The notes under the pieces: generated by a model | Database searches by the model: none | Seen by the model: only the letters and a program-made list of their open reading frames with translations | Told to the model about the DNA's origin: nothing | From: a virus | Lineage: Duplodnaviria > Caudoviricetes | Virus record (IMG/VR): IMGVR_UViG_3300023184_000396 | Coordinates: 1 to 29,682 of that record | DNA: 29,682 nucleotides | Reading direction: 5' to 3' (one strand) | Translations under genes and position numbers: made by a program | Shown: positions 24,262 to 29,682 of the stretch, in pieces | Layout of the letters: each line of letters opens with the position of its first letter | How positions within the stretch are numbered: position 1 is the first letter of the stretch

Positions 24262-26262
24262 CTACGCAAAAACGAGAACGTCAAAATAAACCGGATCGTG
24301 ATACCCTGTAGGGGATTCGCCAAATCCGATGGCAAAACTAGTGCTGGTCCGCGCCACGTCTGCGTTTATCGACCCGTAAAGCAATTGTATGGCCAAGGAA
24401 GCTTCCGCGGTAATCACGGTGACGTAAGAAGCATTCGCGGCGGCGGCGGTCATCGTTATTGTATATTTTCCTAACGCGGTACGGACCGCGTTATTCATGT
24501 TGAATCCGCTTATCAGCGCGCCCGTGCTGCCGTTGAATAATCCTTTCGCGATAGGCCCGGCGCTTCCCGAACCAGACTGACTAATGCTATTCGTCATCCC
24601 GGTCAGTGCGACGCCTACGTTAAAGAGCGCGCCCGCGGTTCCGGCCGGTGTTGATCCTACATGGCTAAAAGAAACGCCGGACGTGCCGCCGATTGCGTTG
24701 CTAGGGTACTCGCCCTGCCCGGGGTTAACCGCGAAGGCGACGCCCACTTGCCCCGCGGCGATGCCGGATAGCGCGACGCCCACGACCGCCGACGCCTCCA
24801 CCTTCTGGATGCCTAGCAGGGTCGCGGCAGCCGATTGCTGGTCATAGACGAAGATCGCGGTGAAGTCTCCGTTATGCGTCGGATTGACCGGCTGCCCCGT
24901 GGGCGGGCTAGTCCCGGTATAGAGGCCGCCGCCGCCCGATAGGACGCGCGGCCAGAGCGTTCCGGTGGTCCCTGCCGCCGTTCCGAAGGCCGTAGGAGCG
25001 GTCCGGACGTAGGGCGCAACGGTGCCCAAGGAGGCGTCGGGAAGCGCTACGCTCATCCAATACTGCCCTGCCGTTGCGCTGCTAGCCGCGAGGACGACGA
25101 GTAGGCCGTTAATTACCCGGGCATCTAGGGCATAGGTGCTGGCCGATAGGGTCGCGACGCCTAGCCCGCTGCCGGCCGCCCCGGAGACGCCTGCCGTCGA
25201 GATAGGGACGACGTAAAGCCCGTTCGCAGCCGAGGAAAACCAAGCGAGCCAGAATTGCGAGCTATCGGAGGTGAGCTTAGTCTGCGGGTAGGTAGTCGAG
25301 TTGAGCGTATTGCCTACGCTGTAAGGCGTTCCTTGCACGGCGCCCGCGTTAGAGTAGACGCCACAAATAAGGTTGGTTCCGTTCGCAACCGCGATGGCGA
25401 AAAATCCGGTGATCTCTATATCCAATTCTAGAAAACCGAGCGTCGCGGTCGTATCGAGATTAGTGGCGGAGACAACGCCCGCGCCCGCGACCGAAACGAC
25501 GACAAAACTAGTGCCTGCGATGCCTCCGGCAGTCATCGTGCCACGGAAGGCGCAAACGAGATTGCCGTTGCTGATCTGGCCGAGCTTTAGGAACTCTTGC
25601 GCAGCGCCGCCCGCGAGCGTCGCAATAGAGATTGCTGTCTGGACTGCGGCGCCCGTGTTGCTATAGGTGACGAGATTGATTGCCGTGCCTGCCGAAGTCT
25701 GAAACGCAATCGCGAAACCGCCGCCCGTCAGGACGCATGCCGAATGGTAAACAACGTTCGTTGCCGTGCGCTCCGTTCCGACCGAGCTAGGCCCGGCCAC
25801 GAGAGTTAGCGCCGCGTCGAAAATAACGAAGTACAGGGCGCCCGCCGCGCGCGCATAGACGCAAGCGTAGGCCCCGCTCTGGAGTTGAAACATCTGCGGG
25901 TTGTTATTCGCGTTCGCGTTTGCGTCGAGGGTCGCGGAAGAGATAAGGACACCGGCAGCGGAGTATTTGTAAGCGACGAGATAACCGCTGGAGTTGGTCC
26001 CAACAATATAGATGTTGCCTAGACGGTCGCGGGCCGCGGGCATGCGCGAACCGGCCGCCGGCAGGGCCGCGGCAACAAGCGAGGTTTGCGCTCTTACGAT
26101 CCCGGCGTTGGCAATCGCGGCATAGTCCGCCGTTGCAACGGTCCACGCTTCGTTGCCCGGTCCGCCGATTTCCACCACGTCATTGATATTGACGATAGAG
26201 GAGCCGCCCGCAACCGAGATGCGCTGACCGTTCTTAATGTTGTTCGATAGTCCGCCACTCAT
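24262..26262 (-). CDS. Tail fibre / receptor-binding protein with beta-repeat body
   Basis: A/G/S/T/V-rich; recurring YSxxGAV-like units; C-terminal FNG...GFN...RTALGKYTITM tip-like domain; TAATG coupling. Confidence 0.7.
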   Translation of the reverse strand: MSGGLSNNIKNGQRISVAGGSSIVNINDVVEIGGPGNEAWTVATADYAAIANAGIVRAQTSLVAAALPAAGSRMPAARDRLGNIYIVGTNSSGYLVAYKYSAAGVLISSATLDANANANNNPQMFQLQSGAYACVYARAAGALYFVIFDAALTLVAGPSSVGTERTATNVVYHSACVLTGGGFAIAFQTSAGTAINLVTYSNTGAAVQTAISIATLAGGAAQEFLKLGQISNGNLVCAFRGTMTAGGIAGTSFVVVSVAGAGVVSATNLDTTATLGFLELDIEITGFFAIAVANGTNLICGVYSNAGAVQGTPYSVGNTLNSTTYPQTKLTSDSSQFWLAWFSSAANGLYVVPISTAGVSGAAGSGLGVATLSASTYALDARVINGLLVVLAASSATAGQYWMSVALPDASLGTVAPYVRTAPTAFGTAAGTTGTLWPRVLSGGGGLYTGTSPPTGQPVNPTHNGDFTAIFVYDQQSAAATLLGIQKVEASAVVGVALSGIAAGQVGVAFAVNPGQGEYPSNAIGGTSGVSFSHVGSTPAGTAGALFNVGVALTGMTNSISQSGSGSAGPIAKGLFNGSTGALISGFNMNNAVRTALGKYTITMTAAAANASYVTVITAEASLAIQLLYGSINADVARTSTSFAIGFGESPTGYHDPVYFDVLVFA

Positions 26263-27416
26263 TATACCAACTCCCAATTGCCGGACTTAAAGGTGATGAC
26301 GGTTTCGGACCACGACACGTCTAGCGATAGGTCCGCCGCCTGCCCTAGGATCGTATTGCCGTTGCGCGCGAGGACGCAGGCATTTGTGCCGAACGTCCCG
26401 TAAATGTCGCGGAAGAGATAGTTGTCGCCTAGGATGCCGCCCGCCTCCAGCGTGATCGTTATCGATGACGCGGAAGTATCCACGTCATAGACACCGGGCA
26501 CTAGTGAGGAGCTAGTCGAGACGTAAACCGCTTGCGCCGAGAAGACACGCGGCACGGGTACTGCCGTCATAACGAAATTGCCAGAGGCATCGGCATTGAT
26601 CGTTACGTTCTGATTCGGGCCTAGGGTTATCGTCCCGTCCACCACGCCGTTGAGCGAGCGCCCGGACGGAACCGAGATAACGTCATTCGCTGAAACGTCT
26701 TCATTGATGATCGAAACGGACCAACCGTTAGCGACCGTCCCGAGGCCGGGGAGCGTATCCGTCATCGCGCTCGCGCCGTTGCTGCGCACGATTACCCGGC
26801 CGGAATCCGCGACAACAAACGGATGGGAGGCGCCGGAAACGTAGGCCACCCGGAAGAGGATAGAGAGAGGCGCCCAGACCGCGGCAGCCGCGAGCCCGCT
26901 AGTCGTGCAAACCCAGAACACCGAGTTGGTGCTATCCCAACAGAGCGACGGCGCGCTAGTCGCGCTCGCGGCCTGCCCTGCGACGTGCGTGTTAGGGTCT
27001 CCTGCCCAGACCTGTTCGATTGCAACGAAGAGCCAGCCGGCGCCGCCGGTATCCGGGTCCGTTACGTTGCTGTCGGTAGTCGAAATCCACCACCCTAGGC
27101 CGTTTGCGGCGAGAAGAGCCGCGCCGGCAGGATAGCCGCTAATCTCCGCGGAGAAAGTCGCGTCATAAGAGACCGGGCCGCCCGCGCCCTGCCACTTAAG
27201 CCAAGCGGAGATGGCGTTGAGAACGCCGTTCATGTCCTCGCCAAACGGCGGAATGCCGCCGGAGGCAGTCGGCTGGAAGTTGGCCGCGACAAACCCCGCA
27301 AACCAAGATGCTCTGCCGGGGACCGCAGTAGTCGGCGGGATAGTCGTTATTAGTGACGGGTCCGCGAACGCGGCGAACGGCGTCGGAATTTTTACGGGAA
27401 TGTCTGCCGCGAGCAT
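26262..27416 (-). CDS. Baseplate-proximal tail fibre protein
   Basis: IPTPFA...GRASW..GF...GGIPPFGEDMNGVL...GYPAGA N-terminus typical of PB1/Bcep781-type fibres; VDTSASSITITL collar-like motif. Confidence 0.8.
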   Translation of the reverse strand: MLAADIPVKIPTPFAAFADPSLITTIPPTTAVPGRASWFAGFVAANFQPTASGGIPPFGEDMNGVLNAISAWLKWQGAGGPVSYDATFSAEISGYPAGAALLAANGLGWWISTTDSNVTDPDTGGAGWLFVAIEQVWAGDPNTHVAGQAASATSAPSLCWDSTNSVFWVCTTSGLAAAAVWAPLSILFRVAYVSGASHPFVVADSGRVIVRSNGASAMTDTLPGLGTVANGWSVSIINEDVSANDVISVPSGRSLNGVVDGTITLGPNQNVTINADASGNFVMTAVPVPRVFSAQAVYVSTSSSLVPGVYDVDTSASSITITLEAGGILGDNYLFRDIYGTFGTNACVLARNGNTILGQAADLSLDVSWSETVITFKSGNWELV

Positions 27417-27418
27417 AT

Positions 27419-28051
27419 TTACACCACGCTGTATAGCACGCGCACGCCAGTAGGGCGCGGCAGGACATTGGAAGTCTCGATGATCGAAAGCTCCACCGGA
27501 GTCGGCGTGAAGCCGAAAGTGTAGGTCATAGTCATGTTCTGGTTATCGGTGACGTAGCACGGGCCGCGCTCCGGGAAGAGCAATTGCAGGATTGCGTTAA
27601 TCCCGGGAACCGAACCAAAACATATATTGTGCAGAGCCTTCGCGAGGATAAGGACGCGGTAGGCAGTATCGGACAATGCAACGCTAGTCGTTAGATTGTT
27701 GCCGCTATAGAACGGCGAGACGTTGAAAGGGTCGTAATCCGGCAACCCTTCCTCGAAACCGAAAAAGCGGGTTGTCACCGAGAGAACGCGATTGACAACT
27801 ACGATCCGGCCCCAGACATCTAGCCCGAAGGTTTCGCACGTCGCGATATTCCAGACCTTATCGTAAAAGGTATCAAACAAGGCTTTCTGGTCTAGGGCCG
27901 TGGCGAATCCGGCGATGATCGTTAGCAGCCTATCGCTGTTGCCGTACTGGCTTATAATCGTCGCTTCCCAATCAAAGGAATCGCCACCAATGACGATTTC
28001 CCCGGCGCCTATCGCGCCGGAGCCTACGGTATGGGGAAAGAAATCGGTCAT
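27419..28051 (-). CDS. DUF2612 baseplate wedge protein
   Basis: TIISQYGNS...VWNIAT...GLDVWGRIV...LSD.AYR.LI..KA..NI...LPRPTGV. Confidence 0.85.
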   Translation of the reverse strand: MTDFFPHTVGSGAIGAGEIVIGGDSFDWEATIISQYGNSDRLLTIIAGFATALDQKALFDTFYDKVWNIATCETFGLDVWGRIVVVNRVLSVTTRFFGFEEGLPDYDPFNVSPFYSGNNLTTSVALSDTAYRVLILAKALHNICFGSVPGINAILQLLFPERGPCYVTDNQNMTMTYTFGFTPTPVELSIIETSNVLPRPTGVRVLYSVV

Positions 28052-28284
28052 TTATTTGCAGGAGAAACCGGCTTAGGTTTCGCGGCTTCCTTCAATTCGG
28101 CAAGCTCTTTCCGGACGGCAGCAAGCTCGCTCGTGGCCTGCTGCGCTTGGAGCGAGACGCGAGCCACGCGAGTATTAGCTTCGTTGAGAAGCTCGGAGAA
28201 CGGGGCGCACGCCGCGAGCGGGTCTGGCGCCTGAGCGAGCGCGACGGAAGGAAGCAAAAGCGTAACGAGAAAGAAACGTTTCAT
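28048..28284 (-). CDS. Small secreted coiled-coil protein
   Basis: MKRFFLVTLLLPSVALA signal peptide. Confidence 0.6.
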   Translation of the reverse strand: MKRFFLVTLLLPSVALAQAPDPLAACAPFSELLNEANTRVARVSLQAQQATSELAAVRKELAELKEAAKPKPVSPANK

Positions 28285-28347
28285 GAACAACCACCCTTTG
28301 TTTGTAGATCGCGCATGATACTATTAAAGAGGGACGCGCGCACGTTT

Positions 28348-28746
28348 CTAGAGCAACGATGCGCGAACAAATAATTTGTCTAAATCTCTATCCGAAATGC
28401 CTACATCTTTCGCGACTTTAATCAATAAAGGATCATCGCGCTCGAAAAGCGACGCACGGTTCCATAAAATTTCAGTAAGGCCACCTATCTTTTTGACCGT
28501 CTCGGAAACCTTTTCGTATAACTCTTTATCACAAAGCACTCTTATAAACTTTCCTGCGAAAACAGGGAGAACAATAGTCTCCCTTGGTGGATTCGGGTTT
28601 GAAGGTTTTCCGTCATTCCAAGTCCATCCAAGAGAAACAGTGCCGCCGAATTTATAATCCTTCGTTCCTTTCGGCGACGGCGGATCGTAAAGATTTTCCG
28701 GGATGATATCTTCAACGATATTGTCGCGAACAATTACGATGTTCAT
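28348..28746 (-). CDS. Tail fibre assembly/chaperone-like protein (AT-richer)
   Basis: MNIVIVRDNIVEDII...VSLGWTW...W.RA..FERDDPL...LDKLF..A; ATGA overlap. Confidence 0.55.
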   Translation of the reverse strand: MNIVIVRDNIVEDIIPENLYDPPSPKGTKDYKFGGTVSLGWTWNDGKPSNPNPPRETIVLPVFAGKFIRVLCDKELYEKVSETVKKIGGLTEILWNRASLFERDDPLLIKVAKDVGISDRDLDKLFVRASLL

Positions 28747-29519
28747 TGAAAATATCCCCCGTCCATACAACCGCCCGGCTTGTCTCCCGGGAAAAACGTT
28801 TGCGCGGCAGGATCGCCTTTCGATAATCCAGTGAATACCCGCGCATTAGAAAACGATCCGTAACGATTCCCCGTCGCCGCCCCGTGCGAAACCTTCGCCC
28901 CCGTTGCATCAATTCCGCCACCTAGGTCCGCTTGCGCGAAAGCGCCCGAGAAATTAGGGGCGCCGGAAATAATAAGATTACAACTCAGGTTTATCTGGCC
29001 GCCGCACTCCGCGGTTGCCGCCGAACGAAACGGACGATGAAGCCAAAACAGATCACCGATCCCGACAATCATCGAACGTGGACTGCATACGTCTAGGCTT
29101 ATGTCCATTTCGTCAAAAAACAAATCACCTACCTTAACAACGCCTTCGGACGATACGACGCCCATGCCTCCGGGAGACCTCAACGTCATGCCCTGCACCG
29201 CGAAGCGCGCGTCGTCTCCGGCCATGAATAAAAACGCTGCGTTAGGCGACGATACGATGAACTGGCTTGGCGAACCGCCGTGAAATGCGAAATCTTCCGG
29301 AGCCTTTATGCCCGTCATCGGGCCAAGCAACGTACTACCGCCAGCAAGATTCCCGACCATTTGAATAGTTATCTTGCGGCCGCCCAAATCTAGTTTGTCT
29401 CGACACCAATCATAGGCATGCTGATTCGTGCGCCACGGACGCGCGGCAGAGCCGTCACCGTTATCGTCGCCCGTGGTCGCGACGTAATACGTCCGGTTAG
29501 AAGTAAGATATTCGCGCAT
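28743..29519 (-). CDS. Tail-spike-like beta-helix protein
   Basis: TYYVATTGDDNGDGSAARPWRTNQHA motif found at the start of pectin-lyase-like folds. Confidence 0.7.
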   Translation of the reverse strand: MREYLTSNRTYYVATTGDDNGDGSAARPWRTNQHAYDWCRDKLDLGGRKITIQMVGNLAGGSTLLGPMTGIKAPEDFAFHGGSPSQFIVSSPNAAFLFMAGDDARFAVQGMTLRSPGGMGVVSSEGVVKVGDLFFDEMDISLDVCSPRSMIVGIGDLFWLHRPFRSAATAECGGQINLSCNLIISGAPNFSGAFAQADLGGGIDATGAKVSHGAATGNRYGSFSNARVFTGLSKGDPAAQTFFPGDKPGGCMDGGYFQ

Positions 29520-29680
29520 CAGTAATTATAATGAATTTTAACGAGCCATCGCCCCGAACCGCTCGCGCCGCCCGCCGTTCCGCCGGTTCCCGCCGTTCCG
29601 GCAGTGGCCGACGTTCCAACCGCATAGTCGTAGCTCGCGGCTGGATTACTGATAATAGCGTAACATCCACCGCCGCCGCC
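29519..29680 (-). CDS. Glycine-rich tail-fibre C-terminus (partial, runs off window)
   Basis: GGGGGCYAIISNPAASYDYAVGTSATAGTAGTGGTAGGASGSGRWLVKIHYNY*; TGATG coupling. Confidence 0.65.
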   Translation of the reverse strand, partial: GGGGGCYAIISNPAASYDYAVGTSATAGTAGTGGTAGGASGSGRWLVKIHYNY

Positions 29681-29682
29681 GC

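Noticed and set aside
1-29682. tRNA, rRNA, integrase, transposase, reverse transcriptase or intron/intein
   Set aside because: No recognisable motifs by eye; dnaE and helicase have no obvious insertions; a dedicated scan was not possible

Overview
A 29.7 kb GC-rich fragment of a tailed dsDNA phage genome. The DnaE + DnaQ + ThyX + SNF2 helicase gene set and the DUF2612/tail-fibre module recall PB1/BcepF1-like myoviruses; an alphaproteobacterial host is inferred, not shown. The + strand (1 to ~21550) carries two clusters of small early genes behind a repeated sigma70-type promoter/leader/RBS module. Between them lie a VIP2/Alt-like ADP-ribosyltransferase, a nucleotide-metabolism block (FAD oxidoreductase, atypical ThyX, all-alpha pyrophosphatase-like protein, SDR, VOC/glyoxalase) and replication genes (DnaQ, DnaE, VRR-NUC, frameshifted C5 methyltransferase, SNF2 helicase, SSB-like protein). 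The - strand (~21630 to the end) carries baseplate, tail-fibre and lysis genes ending at a terminator near 21560. Main leads: (1) a candidate pre-replicative base-modification pathway built on a ThyX lacking two hallmark histidines; (2) an H-type pseudoknot directly upstream of the SSB-like gene's RBS; (3) apparent complete absence of CCWGG with abundant CTAG; (4) an ART with two HicA-like repeats; (5) a modular promoter-cassette architecture with gene remnants. All family calls come from motif recognition by eye; no searches were run.
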